A stretch of DNA of 64,000 nt, taken from assembly GCA_963717505.1 (NCBI GenBank), contig OY970342.1, positions 4,098,541 to 4,162,540 on the forward strand, in the 5' to 3' direction. Both the position numbers and the translations under genes were made by a program. Positions 8,860 through 18,104 of this stretch are shown piece after piece. The stretch comes from Candidatus Eiseniibacteriota bacterium. Its GTDB lineage: Bacteria > Eisenbacteria > RBG-16-71-46. Under the pieces are notes generated by a model, which saw only the letters and a program-made list of their open reading frames with translations, was not told the origin of the DNA and did no database searches. How positions within the stretch are numbered: the stretch's first letter is position 1; the number at the start of each line of letters is the position of its first letter.

Positions 8860-9390
8860 TCACTCCCACCCGAGAGCGTTCAAAGTCATCGTCACGAGCG
8901 AGTAGTAGCCGACCAACACCGTGAGCTCGATCGTGCCCGGCACTCCGAGGGCGGCAGCGGTCCTCTCGTAGGTCGGATCACTGACGCGACCGGACGACAC
9001 GAGTTCCAAAGCGTAGTCACAAACGACGCGATACTTGAGCGGCATGGAGTCGAAGGAACCTCCAGATCGCACGCACTCGATGACGGCGTCGGGCGCCCCA
9101 GCGCGCCGGGCAATGGGCTCGTGAGCGTTCCACGCGTAGGCGGATCGCCACTTTCCTGCCGCAACCAGTATCGCGATCTCCGCGACGTCTCGGTCGAGGG
9201 CTCCCTCGTACCTCAGGTGCGCCCCGAGGCTCTGCACGAGGTCCGCGAGCTCGGGAACGTGGAGCAGTGCCGTGAACGGCCCTGGAACGCGGCCGCGCGT
9301 GCCAGCGATCCGATCGGCCACCACCTTCTGGGCCGGAGTCAGGTGCTCGAGATCGACAGGCTGGATGCGCGTGGGGGATGGTTGGCTCAT
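8860..9390 (-). CDS. Carboxymuconolactone decarboxylase / AhpD-family protein
   Basis: GPFTALLHVPELA, EIAILVAA, YAWNAH, ELTVLVGYY. Confidence 0.85.
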   Translation of the reverse strand: MSQPSPTRIQPVDLEHLTPAQKVVADRIAGTRGRVPGPFTALLHVPELADLVQSLGAHLRYEGALDRDVAEIAILVAAGKWRSAYAWNAHEPIARRAGAPDAVIECVRSGGSFDSMPLKYRVVCDYALELVSSGRVSDPTYERTAAALGVPGTIELTVLVGYYSLVTMTLNALGWE

Positions 9391-9551
9391 CGGTCTCCGT
9401 CCGCTTTTGAGGGCAGGGCTGCCTCACCCGGCCGGTCCCATGTCCTCCCTGCGCCCAGCGGCAGCGAGGTATACCCAGTCACGAAGTGCGCAACCTAGCA
9501 GAGCCGTGGGCGACCGGGAAGAGTCGCAGCTGCCGCGCTCGTCATCCCCTG

Positions 9552-9577
9552 GCAACCTGCCCTCTCGGATTGTCGTA
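9552..9577 (+). promoter_or_regulatory. Putative ECF-sigma promoter (GCAACC-N16-CGTA) for the ABC operon
   Basis: Motif and spacing shared with 2497, 37159 and 56194. Confidence 0.45.
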
Positions 9578-9686
9578 CCCTCTCGGTCGCCCCTCGCCCG
9601 GTCTCAGGCTGAGGCGTGGCAGGCACGGCCGCCACACGGGTGGCCGCGACGGATCTGGATTCCGTTGGATCCTAAGGAGGTCCCCG

Positions 9687-10649
9687 ATGCTCTCCGTCCG
9701 CGGGCTGGTCAAGATCTATCCGGGACCGGTGGCCGCGCTGCGCGGCATCGATCTCGACATTCCCAAAGGAATGTTCGGTCTGCTCGGGCCGAACGGCGCC
9801 GGCAAGTCGACGTTCATGAACATTCTCGCCGGCCTGCTCGAACCGACGGCCGGCACCGCGACGCTTTCCGGACGCGACATACTCACCAAGCCCGAAACGC
9901 TTTGGCCGCGCCTCGGCTACCTGCCGCAGGAGTTCGGTTTCTACCCGCACCTGAGCGGCGAGCAGATGCTCGCCTACCTGCTCGAGTTGAAGGGCGTGCA
10001 GGCGCCGGGCGGCATGAAGAAGCTGGTCGCGAGCCTGCTCGATCGGGTCAATCTGACGTTTGCCGCCAAGCGCAAAGTGAAGGGTTATTCGGGCGGCATG
10101 CGCCAGCGGCTCGGCATCGCGCAAGCGATTGCCGGCGATCCCGAGCTGATCATCGTCGACGAGCCGACCGCCGGTCTCGATCCCGAGGAGCGCGTGCGTT
10201 TCTACCGCCTGCTCGCCGAGCTGGCCGAGAATCGCACCGTGCTCTTGAGCACGCACATCGTGGAAGACGTCGCGGTGCTGTGCCCGCGCTTCGCGGTCAT
10301 CCGCGGCGGACGCCTGGTGGCGTTGACCACGCCGACCGAGGCGCGGAACGCGATCGCCGGGCAGATCTTCGAGGGCGCGGTCGACGCGCGTGAGGTCGAC
10401 GCTCTGGCGCGCGAGCATCGGGTGATCCAGTCGATCCTGGTCGAGGGCCGGCACCGCGCGCGGCTGCACGCACCGGATCGCACCGCACCCACCGGCTTCG
10501 AGCGGGTGGCGCCGACACTGGAGGACGCCTACCTGGTGCTCATGCGCACGGAAGTCGACCGTGACCGCGCTCCGGGCTTGCCAGCCGGCGGCGAGGGGCA
10601 CATCCCGCCGCGCGCCGCGGACGAACCGATTCCGGTTGGCGCGAAATGA
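9687..10649 (+). CDS. ABC-2 type transporter ATP-binding protein
   Basis: SD AAGGAGG at 9674; Walker A GPNGAGKS, signature YSGGMRQR, Walker B IIVDEP, H-loop STH. Confidence 0.95.
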   Translation: MLSVRGLVKIYPGPVAALRGIDLDIPKGMFGLLGPNGAGKSTFMNILAGLLEPTAGTATLSGRDILTKPETLWPRLGYLPQEFGFYPHLSGEQMLAYLLELKGVQAPGGMKKLVASLLDRVNLTFAAKRKVKGYSGGMRQRLGIAQAIAGDPELIIVDEPTAGLDPEERVRFYRLLAELAENRTVLLSTHIVEDVAVLCPRFAVIRGGRLVALTTPTEARNAIAGQIFEGAVDAREVDALAREHRVIQSILVEGRHRARLHAPDRTAPTGFERVAPTLEDAYLVLMRTEVDRDRAPGLPAGGEGHIPPRAADEPIPVGAK

Positions 10650-13600
10650 GCATTGGCCGTCTATTCAAGGTCGCCGCCCTCGACCTCCGACACAACGCCG
10701 GGCGCCCGCTGTTCTGGATCTTCCTGATCATCCTTGCGCTGACCTCGTGGGGATTGTCCACCGGGCACATGCGCATTTCTTCAGGCGACAGCGTGGTCGG
10801 CGGCACCAAGGCGTGGCTGACCTCCGAGTTCGCCATGTCGCAGATGCTGAGCATGGTCATTCTGCTCTTCTATGGCTTCTTCGTCGCGGTCGCGGCCGGC
10901 ATGTCGGTGATCCAGGACGACGACCTCAAGGTCGGTGCCGTGTTGCACGCGACACCGCTGACTCCGGGCGAGTACATCGGCGGCAAGTTCCTCGCGGTGC
11001 TGTTGAGCTTCCTCGCAGTGCTGACGATCCACGTCGGCATGGCGATGTTCTTCAACCATATCGTGCCCAACGAAGCCGCCGACGAGATCCGCGGCCCGTT
11101 CGTGTTCCTGAACTACTTAAAACCCGCGCTGTGGTTTGGCGTGCCGGCGATCGTGTTCTTCGCGGGCACGGCGTTCGCGGCCGGAGTCTGGTCGCGCAAG
11201 CCGATCCTGGTGTTCGTGCTGCCAGTGGCGACGCTGCTGGTGTGCGGCTTCTTCCTATGGGACTGGTCGCCATCGTGGCTCGACCCCCGCGTGAACAAGC
11301 TGCTCCAGGTCATCGAGCCCGCCGGCTTCCGCTGGCTCAACGAAACCTGGCTCAAGGTCGACCGCGGCGTTCACTTCTATAACAAATCGCCGATGGGCGT
11401 CGATGCCCTGTTCCTGGCGAACCGCGCAATATTCCTGTTGGCCGGTGTCGCCGCCCTGGTCTTCGCTCATGCACGTTTCGCCCGGAGCCTGCGTGGCGAG
11501 CGCCTGACGCGACGCGAGCGCCGCCACGGCATCGACGCGATCCTGGCCGACGCAACGTCGGGAGCCGCAGCTGCACCGACCGGCGACACCACGGGCGGAC
11601 ACGCGATCGCGGATCTCGGCATGACGGCACGGGCCCCGGGCTTCCTGGCCGGCGCCTGGACCGTGGCGCGCGCCGAGTTGAAGGAGTTGCGCAGTCAGCC
11701 GGGCCTCTACCTATTCGTGCCGCTGATCCTGATCCAGGTGATCGGCGAGGCGTTCTTCAACGTCGGCGCCTTCGACACGCCGCTGCTCCACACCGCCGGG
11801 ACGCTGGCCACGGTCACCACCAACACGGTGATGGCGATGGTCGGCCTCTTGCTCCTCTTCTATACGGTCGAATCGCTCGAGCGCGAGAAGCGCAGCGGCT
11901 TCGCCCCGATTGTCCTGGCCTCCCCGGTGCGCACCGGCGCGCTGCTGCTCGGCAAAGCGATGGCCAACGTTGCGATCGTGGTGGTCATCCTGCTCTCGGC
12001 GCTCGCCGGCTGCATGCTGGCGCTCGCGATCCAGGGCAAGGTGCCGCTGGATCCGCGGCCGTTCCTCTTGGTGTGGGGACTGCTGCTGCTGCCAACCTAC
12101 GTGGTTTGGACCGCGTTCATCATGGCGGTGCACGCCCTGGTCGGGAACCGCTACACGACCTATGCGGTTGGCCTCTCCGCCCTGATCTTCACCGTCTATC
12201 GCCAGGCCACCGGGCAGATGAACTGGGTCGGCAACTGGAATCTGTGGGAAGCGCTGCGCTGGTCGGACCTGGGAACGTTCGAGCTGGACCGCATGGCGCT
12301 GGTGCTCAATCGCGTGCTGGTGCTCGGGCTCTCGGCACTGTTCATCGCGCTCACCGTGCGCCTGTTCGCGCGCGCGAGCCGCGATGCGTCGCGGGTCGGC
12401 GCGCGGCTTGCCCCCTCGTCACTGGTGCGTTCCGCGTTCGACTTGGCACCGTTCCTCCTGGTTCCGCTGATCGCGGGCACCGCGCTGTTCGTCCAGGTCC
12501 AGTCGGGCTTCGAGGGCAAACCGGCCGAGAAGAAGCTCAAGGACTACTGGCGCCGAAACATGGCGACCTGGCGCGACACCAAGAACCCGAGCATCGTCGA
12601 CGTCGACCTCGACCTCGAGCTGGATCCCAAGCGGCATTCGTTCCACAGCCGCGGCCACTACACACTGGTCAATCGCCACCAAGAGCCGCTCAAGCAGGTG
12701 GCGCTGACCCGCGGACTCCATTGGAAGAAGCTCAAGTGGAGCGACGCGAACGGCGACTCGATTGCGCCGGAGGACCGGGTCGGGCTCATCATCTTCACCC
12801 CGCCCGCGCCGCTCGCAACCGGCGACAGCCTGCGCATCGGCTTCGACTTCGAGGGCCGCTTCCCGGACGGCGTCAGCAAGAACGGTGGCGGCCGGCAGGA
12901 GTTCATCCTGCCCGGCGGAGTCGTGCTGACTTCGTTCACCCCGAGCTTCGTCCCGGTGGTCGGCTACATCGAAGAAGTCGGGGTCGACAAGGACAACCGA
13001 TTCGACAGCCGCGAGTACCCCGACGACTTCTATGAGGGCATCACCCCGCCGGCGTTCGGTGCAGCCGGTGGCATGACGACGCGCATCCAGGTGAGCGGCC
13101 CGGCGGAATACCGCTACAACTCGGTCGGCACCCAGGTGCGCGACGTAGTCGAGGGCGGCATGCGGACCACCGAATGGCGCAGCGACCATCCGGTCAAGTT
13201 CTTCAACGTGGTCGCCGGACGCTGGCAGGAGAAGCAGGGCGAAGGTACGGTCATCTACTACCACGCGAACCATCCGTACAACATCGACGAGATGTCCGAG
13301 GCGTTGGACGCCTCGCGTCGGTGGTACTCGGAGTGGTTCATGCCGTTCCCATGGCACGAGCTCAAGGTGAGCGAATTCCCGGCGCTCGCCTTCTACGCCC
13401 AGGGCTTCCCGACCAACATCACGTTCTCCGAGGGCATCGGATTCCTGACCAAGAGCGACCCGCGCGCCAACGCCGCGTTCATGGTCACCGCACATGAAGC
13501 CGCGCACCAGTGGTGGGGGAACATCCTGCTGCCCGGCCAGGGACCCGGGGGCGACATCCTGTCCGAAGGCATGGCCCATTTCTCGACCATCCTGCTGTTC

Positions 13601-14380
13601 GAACAGGTCAAGGGCCCGCATCAGCGCATCGAGTTCTGCAAACGCATCGAAGACCGCTACGGGGACCGCCGCCAGGTCGACTCCGAGCGCCCGCTGGTCA
13701 AGATCGACGGAAGCAAGCGCGGCGACCAGACGGTGACCTACGACAAGGGCGGCTGGGTGTTCTGGATGCTGCTCAACCACATGGGCCGCGAGCGGGCACT
13801 GGCCGGTGTCCAGGATTTCATCCGGCGCTACGAGACGACCAACGACTATCCGGTGCTCCAGGACTTCGTCGCCGTGATGCGCGAACACGCTGCCGACACG
13901 CAAGCGTTCGACGCCTTCGTCGGGCAGTGGTTCTTCTCGGTGGTGGTGCCCGAGTACAAGGTGCGCGAGGCGCGGGCGACGCGGCTGGCGAGCGCGGCTG
14001 CCGGCGAAGGAGCGGCGGTTCGCTGGGAAGTCTCGTTCGAGATCGAGAACATCGGCACCAGCACGATGCCGGTCGAGATCGCCGCCACGCGCGGCACGCG
14101 ATTCCCGAAGGACGACAAGGACTCGACGTCGACCGACAAGAAGCCCTCAGACGACTACCAGGAATCGCGGCAGACGATCGTGATGGGTCCGGGTGCCAAG
14201 CAAAGCGTCACGCTCCAGTGCACGTTCGAGCCCGAGCGCGTGGTGGTCGATCCCGACGCACGCGTGCTGCAGCTCAACCGCGACCAGGCCGCGGCGGACA
14301 TCAAGGTCGAGAAGCCGGCGAGCGAGCCTCGCGTGGTACAGGCGGGCAAGTCTGGGGTCACGGGCCGCGAGCGCATGTAG
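10646..14380 (+). CDS. Double ABC-2 permease fused to an M1-family (gluzincin) aminopeptidase
   Basis: Two multi-TM permease halves in about the first 620 aa, then YAQGFP, AHEAAHQWWGN...LSEGMA (HEXXH..E) and YDKGG. ATGA overlap with the ATPase. Confidence 0.9.
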   Translation: MSIGRLFKVAALDLRHNAGRPLFWIFLIILALTSWGLSTGHMRISSGDSVVGGTKAWLTSEFAMSQMLSMVILLFYGFFVAVAAGMSVIQDDDLKVGAVLHATPLTPGEYIGGKFLAVLLSFLAVLTIHVGMAMFFNHIVPNEAADEIRGPFVFLNYLKPALWFGVPAIVFFAGTAFAAGVWSRKPILVFVLPVATLLVCGFFLWDWSPSWLDPRVNKLLQVIEPAGFRWLNETWLKVDRGVHFYNKSPMGVDALFLANRAIFLLAGVAALVFAHARFARSLRGERLTRRERRHGIDAILADATSGAAAAPTGDTTGGHAIADLGMTARAPGFLAGAWTVARAELKELRSQPGLYLFVPLILIQVIGEAFFNVGAFDTPLLHTAGTLATVTTNTVMAMVGLLLLFYTVESLEREKRSGFAPIVLASPVRTGALLLGKAMANVAIVVVILLSALAGCMLALAIQGKVPLDPRPFLLVWGLLLLPTYVVWTAFIMAVHALVGNRYTTYAVGLSALIFTVYRQATGQMNWVGNWNLWEALRWSDLGTFELDRMALVLNRVLVLGLSALFIALTVRLFARASRDASRVGARLAPSSLVRSAFDLAPFLLVPLIAGTALFVQVQSGFEGKPAEKKLKDYWRRNMATWRDTKNPSIVDVDLDLELDPKRHSFHSRGHYTLVNRHQEPLKQVALTRGLHWKKLKWSDANGDSIAPEDRVGLIIFTPPAPLATGDSLRIGFDFEGRFPDGVSKNGGGRQEFILPGGVVLTSFTPSFVPVVGYIEEVGVDKDNRFDSREYPDDFYEGITPPAFGAAGGMTTRIQVSGPAEYRYNSVGTQVRDVVEGGMRTTEWRSDHPVKFFNVVAGRWQEKQGEGTVIYYHANHPYNIDEMSEALDASRRWYSEWFMPFPWHELKVSEFPALAFYAQGFPTNITFSEGIGFLTKSDPRANAAFMVTAHEAAHQWWGNILLPGQGPGGDILSEGMAHFSTILLFEQVKGPHQRIEFCKRIEDRYGDRRQVDSERPLVKIDGSKRGDQTVTYDKGGWVFWMLLNHMGRERALAGVQDFIRRYETTNDYPVLQDFVAVMREHAADTQAFDAFVGQWFFSVVVPEYKVREARATRLASAAAGEGAAVRWEVSFEIENIGTSTMPVEIAATRGTRFPKDDKDSTSTDKKPSDDYQESRQTIVMGPGAKQSVTLQCTFEPERVVVDPDARVLQLNRDQAAADIKVEKPASEPRVVQAGKSGVTGRERM

Positions 14381-14412
14381 CGCGCAGTGTTCAGACGCTC
14401 GGCCGTTCGCGC

Positions 14413-15123
14413 CTACTGGCAGTAGTCGGCCGCGCTTTGAGCCGATCCTCCGGCCAGCGACGCCTGAAGAATCAAAGACAGATCGACCGGGTTGATCGTA
14501 TTCGAGCAGTTGAAGTCCGAACGACCCTCCAGATCGGCGTCGAACGAGTCCGACAACCACACCGAGACGTCCGCCGGGTTCACGCCGCCCGTGCCGTTCT
14601 GGTCATAGGCGGCGACGTTGACGCCGCCGACCGGCGTCGTGAGGTCGAACCCGTTGACGAATACTCGGGCGCACTTGAAACCGTAGGCAGGGGTGCCCGC
14701 CCCTGTGTTCCGAGCGCCGCCCACGATCCGGAAGTAGACCCTCCCCTCTGCATCGGTCGTGCCGCGAACGATCGCGTACGGTGGCGCGCCGGCCACACAC
14801 TCGACCGAAAGCCCCGGCCAGGGTTGATCAAGGCTCACCTGGACGTCGAAACATCTCTGGAAGTCGATCGAGACTTCGCATCCTTCCACCGGGTTCTGTG
14901 CCAGGTCACGTATGACCACCAGGAACTCGCCGCGAGCGTCGGGAACCCCGCCGGTCGTACCGACCAGGACGATCCCACACGGGACATCGCTGTCGTCCGA
15001 GCCGGGCTGGGGAGGACCGAATAGGCACTCGCCGGATTCAGAATCTCCCGTCGCGAATCCGAGCACGAGCGATAGCGCCGCCCGGAATAGTGTCAGGCGA
15101 GGCACCTGCAGGAGCTGGAGCAT
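14413..15123 (-). CDS. Secreted Ig-like + dockerin-like protein, paralog 1
   Basis: Signal-like N-terminus; IRDLAQNPVEG..TTDAEGRVYFRIVGG; DQNGTGGVNPAD and DFNCSNTINPVD Ca-loop pair. Confidence 0.75.
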   Translation of the reverse strand: MLQLLQVPRLTLFRAALSLVLGFATGDSESGECLFGPPQPGSDDSDVPCGIVLVGTTGGVPDARGEFLVVIRDLAQNPVEGCEVSIDFQRCFDVQVSLDQPWPGLSVECVAGAPPYAIVRGTTDAEGRVYFRIVGGARNTGAGTPAYGFKCARVFVNGFDLTTPVGGVNVAAYDQNGTGGVNPADVSVWLSDSFDADLEGRSDFNCSNTINPVDLSLILQASLAGGSAQSAADYCQ

Positions 15124-15130
15124 TGCCCCG

Positions 15131-15814
15131 TCAGTTGCAGTAGGCGGCGCCACTAGTAGTCGAGCCACCCGCGATCGACGCGCTCAGCAAACGCGAGAGG
15201 TCCGCCGGACTCAGCGTCTGGCTACAGTCGAAGTCCGACCGGCCAAAGTAGGTTCCGGTGATTTGGCCGGTGAAGAAGTCCATGAGCCAAACCGAAACAT
15301 CCACGGGATTGACGCCGCCGATGCCGTTCTGGTCGAACGCTCCGATGTTGACTCGGCCGATCAGGACTCCGTCCGCGTACACCAGGGCGCACTGATAACC
15401 CGCTCCTGGAGCCCCTCCGGCGGAGTTGCGGGCGCCACCCACGATTCGGAAGGTGGCGATTCCCGCGGCATTCGTGGTCGCGGTCACCGTCCCGATCGGG
15501 GCGTCGCAATGCGCCTCCACCCCTGGGAACGGCTGTGAGGTCGCGATTCGCAGATCGGTGCAGGCACTGAAGTCGATCGTGACGACGGCGCCCGCTAGGG
15601 GGTTTCGTGCGAAATCGCGAATCACCACTTGCGTCTCGCCAATACCGTCCGCGACCCCACCGGTCGACCCCACGAGGTTGATCTGGCAAGGAATCGAGGA
15701 CTGGGGCGGCTCGGGAATGTCGGCTCGAACCACATTCAGGCTCGAGGCAATAGCTGCGGTCAGGAAGAAAGTCAGCGCGGTCGACACCGCGGCCGGCCGG
15801 CGGATACAGGTCAT
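15131..15814 (-). CDS. Secreted Ig-like + dockerin-like protein, paralog 2
   Basis: SD GGGAGGG, signal peptide, same architecture; DQNGIGGVNPVD and DFDCSQTLSPAD. Confidence 0.8.
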   Translation of the reverse strand: MTCIRRPAAVSTALTFFLTAAIASSLNVVRADIPEPPQSSIPCQINLVGSTGGVADGIGETQVVIRDFARNPLAGAVVTIDFSACTDLRIATSQPFPGVEAHCDAPIGTVTATTNAAGIATFRIVGGARNSAGGAPGAGYQCALVYADGVLIGRVNIGAFDQNGIGGVNPVDVSVWLMDFFTGQITGTYFGRSDFDCSQTLSPADLSRLLSASIAGGSTTSGAAYCN

Positions 15815-15853
15815 GGGGCCCTCCCGGCTGAAAGTGGGGTTCGGAATGTCTCA

Positions 15854-15882
15854 ACGCTAGACCCGGTGTCGGGACCGGTCAA
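15854..15882 (-). promoter_or_regulatory. Sigma70-type promoter TTGACC-N17-TAGCGT for paralog 2
   Basis: Both hexamers and spacer length are conserved in the duplicate copy at 16607-16635 while the spacer sequence diverges. Confidence 0.7.
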
Positions 15883-15891
15883 CGACTACGG

Positions 15892-16566
15892 TCAGAAGCA
15901 GTAGGCGGCCGCGCTCGAGGTGGAACCGCCGGCGATCGATACGCTGAGCAGACGGGAAAGGTCGACTGGACTCAGCGTCTGGTTGCAGTCGAAGTCCGAC
16001 CGGCCGACGTAGGTTCCGGTGAAGAAGTCCATGAGCCAAACCGAAACATCGACGGGATTGACGCCGCCCACGCCGTTTTGGTCGAACGCGCCGACGTTGA
16101 GCGTGCCGACCAGGACACCGTCGGCATAAACCCGCGCACAGCGGAAGCCTGCGCCGGGCACGCCGCCGGTCAGGTTGCGTGCGCCACCGACAATGCGGAA
16201 CGTCGCAATCCCGGTCGCGTCGGTGATCGCGCTCACCGCGCCGACGGATCCGCCGCAGTTTGCAGTCACGCCCGAGAACGGCTGCTGAGCCGCAATGCGC
16301 AGGTCCGGGCACGCCGCGAAGTCGATCAGGACGATCGAATTCGCAATTGGGTTCTGAGCCAGGTCACGAACCACGATCGAGAATTCAGAAACCGCGTCGG
16401 CTTCCCCACCCGTGGCGCCGACCAGGTTGACCTGACAAGGCATGCTCACGCAGTCCGGGCCGCAGGGCAGGTCGGCCAGGCCCATTGCCGGAATCGCAAG
16501 AGCCGCGGCAGTCACCAGAGAGGCCAGCACGAACGAAACCGCGGCCGGCCGGCGGATCCAGGTCAT
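15892..16566 (-). CDS. Secreted Ig-like + dockerin-like protein, paralog 3
   Basis: Start MTWIRRPAAVS at 16566 matches paralog 2 MTCIRRPAAVS; same SD and domains. Confidence 0.8.
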   Translation of the reverse strand: MTWIRRPAAVSFVLASLVTAAALAIPAMGLADLPCGPDCVSMPCQVNLVGATGGEADAVSEFSIVVRDLAQNPIANSIVLIDFAACPDLRIAAQQPFSGVTANCGGSVGAVSAITDATGIATFRIVGGARNLTGGVPGAGFRCARVYADGVLVGTLNVGAFDQNGVGGVNPVDVSVWLMDFFTGTYVGRSDFDCNQTLSPVDLSRLLSVSIAGGSTSSAAAYCF

Positions 16567-16606
16567 AGGGCCCTCCCGGCTGAAAGTGGAGTTCGGGGAG
16601 GACTCA

Positions 16607-16635
16607 ACGCTAGACCCAGGGCGGGGTCGGGTCAA
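16607..16635 (-). promoter_or_regulatory. Sigma70-type promoter TTGACC-N17-TAGCGT for paralog 3
   Basis: Duplicate of 15854-15882. Confidence 0.7.
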
Positions 16636-17135
16636 CGACTATTGCGCCCGCTCGCCGACGCGATCCGCTCGAGTGCGGCGCGATCCAAACTGAAGGTCGA
16701 CCAATCGTGCCCTGCCTTCGTGGCGCCATGGCGCTGGTAGAAGTCGATCGCGAGCTGGTTCCAGTCGAGCACGTCCCAGTCCATGCGGGTGCAACCCCGT
16801 TCGTGCGCCACTCGCGCCACGGCATCGAACAAGGCACGCCCCGCACCGGTTCCGCGCGCGGCGTCGGCGACGTACAGATCCTCGAGCCACAGGATGGGCG
16901 CTCCCCGAAACGAAGAATAGCGTCCATAGAAGAGCGCGTAGCCCACCAGGCCGGTCGAGGTCTCGGCGACCTGGCCTTCGAGCAGCGGCCATTGACCGCC
17001 GAACAGCTGCGCGCGCAGGCGGTCCTCGGTGGTGACGAAGATCGATTCCAGTCGCTCGTAGACGGCCAGCTCTCGTGCGAGCCGCCAGACCGCCGGCACG
17101 TCGTCCGGGTGCGCCGGCCGAACCACCACGCTCAT
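16632..17135 (-). CDS. GNAT family N-acetyltransferase (diamine acetyltransferase-like)
   Basis: [35 protein letters not shown]; ATGA overlap with the upstream gene. Confidence 0.9.
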   Translation of the reverse strand: MSVVVRPAHPDDVPAVWRLARELAVYERLESIFVTTEDRLRAQLFGGQWPLLEGQVAETSTGLVGYALFYGRYSSFRGAPILWLEDLYVADAARGTGAGRALFDAVARVAHERGCTRMDWDVLDWNQLAIDFYQRHGATKAGHDWSTFSLDRAALERIASASGRNSR

Positions 17136-17554
17136 TCGCCGATCACCTTGACCAGCACGCGCTTCTTGCGCCGCCCATCGAATTCTCCGTAGAAGATCTG
17201 CTCCCACGGGCCGAAGTCGAGCTTGCCCGCCGTGATCGCGACCACCACCTCGCGGCCCATGATCTGGCGCTTCAGGTGCGCGTCGGCGTTGTCCTCGCCG
17301 GTGTCGTTGTGCCGGTACTGGTCGATCGGGTTCGTGCGGCGCCAGCTTCTCGAGCCACTTCGTCGTAGTCGTGATGCAAGCCCGCTCTCGTTGTCGTTGA
17401 TGAACACGCTGGCGGTGATGTGCATGGCGTTGACCAACGCGAGCCCTTCGCGGACTCCGCTCTCACGCACGATGCGTTCGACTTCCGGCGTCAGGTTCAC
17501 GAAGCCGCGCCGCCCCGGCACGCTCATCGTGAGGTACTCGGTTCGTGACTTCAC
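17132..17554 (-). CDS. yjbQ: YjbQ / UPF0047 family protein (internal compensating frameshifts)
   Basis: [39 protein letters not shown]. Confidence 0.88.
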   Translation of the reverse strand: MKSRTEYLTMSVPGRRGFVNLTPEVERIVRESGVREGLALVNAMHITASVFINDNESGLASRLRRSGSRSWRRTNPIDQYRHNDTGEDNADAHLKRQIMGREVVVAITAGKLDFGPWEQIFYGEFDGRRKKRVLVKVIGE

Positions 17555-18048
17555 CGCGCCGTGTCGGTCGCGCAGGCGACGCGACGGTAGGCGAACGTCA
17601 CCGTCCGCGGCTGCCCCTTGCTCATGCCCTCGATGCTGGCGATCAGCGAGTCCGGACCCGCGCGCCGGTAGCGAACGCGCTGGGGGAAATCATGCTCGAG
17701 ATTCTCGAACACCAGCTCTTGCCCATGCGGCGGCGCGTCGCGGAACTCGGCTGAGGGTTGGCCCGACGGCGAGGCGGCGTAGACCAAAGTGTCGCCGTCT
17801 TCGTAGATGCGCACGAACTCGTATTCGACCAGGGTGTCACCGCGCGTGGTCCGGCCAAGTCCCATGAGCGTGCCGCCGCGCGGCGCGGTCCAGAACTCTT
17901 CGACGCGAGTCGTCCTCCCCTGCCGCTCCCAGCAACCCGAGAGCCAAGTCAGGGACGCGGAAGGCCCGGCTCGAGGCTCGGAAGCTGCGAAACCGGAAGC
18001 AACGACACCAAGAACCAGAACGACCAGGGTGACTCGGGAGGTATTCAT
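17551..18048 (-). CDS. DUF6265-like secreted protein
   Basis: Signal peptide; [34 protein letters not shown]. Confidence 0.75.
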   Translation of the reverse strand: MNTSRVTLVVLVLGVVASGFAASEPRAGPSASLTWLSGCWERQGRTTRVEEFWTAPRGGTLMGLGRTTRGDTLVEYEFVRIYEDGDTLVYAASPSGQPSAEFRDAPPHGQELVFENLEHDFPQRVRYRRAGPDSLIASIEGMSKGQPRTVTFAYRRVACATDTAR

Positions 18049-18104
18049 GGCGGCGATCGTACCGCAGGCAACCGCGCTACGGCCAGACGTGGCATACTCC
18101 CGCC

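Noticed and set aside
9491-9514. Possible third degenerate copy of the 22-bp repeat at the right edge of the catabolic cassette
   Set aside because: Needs a gap and about five mismatches; plausible by chance at this GC content.
14413-16640. Diversity-generating retroelement TR/VR explanation for the paralog similarity
   Set aside because: Differences are not adenine-specific, all copies are full genes, and no reverse transcriptase is present.
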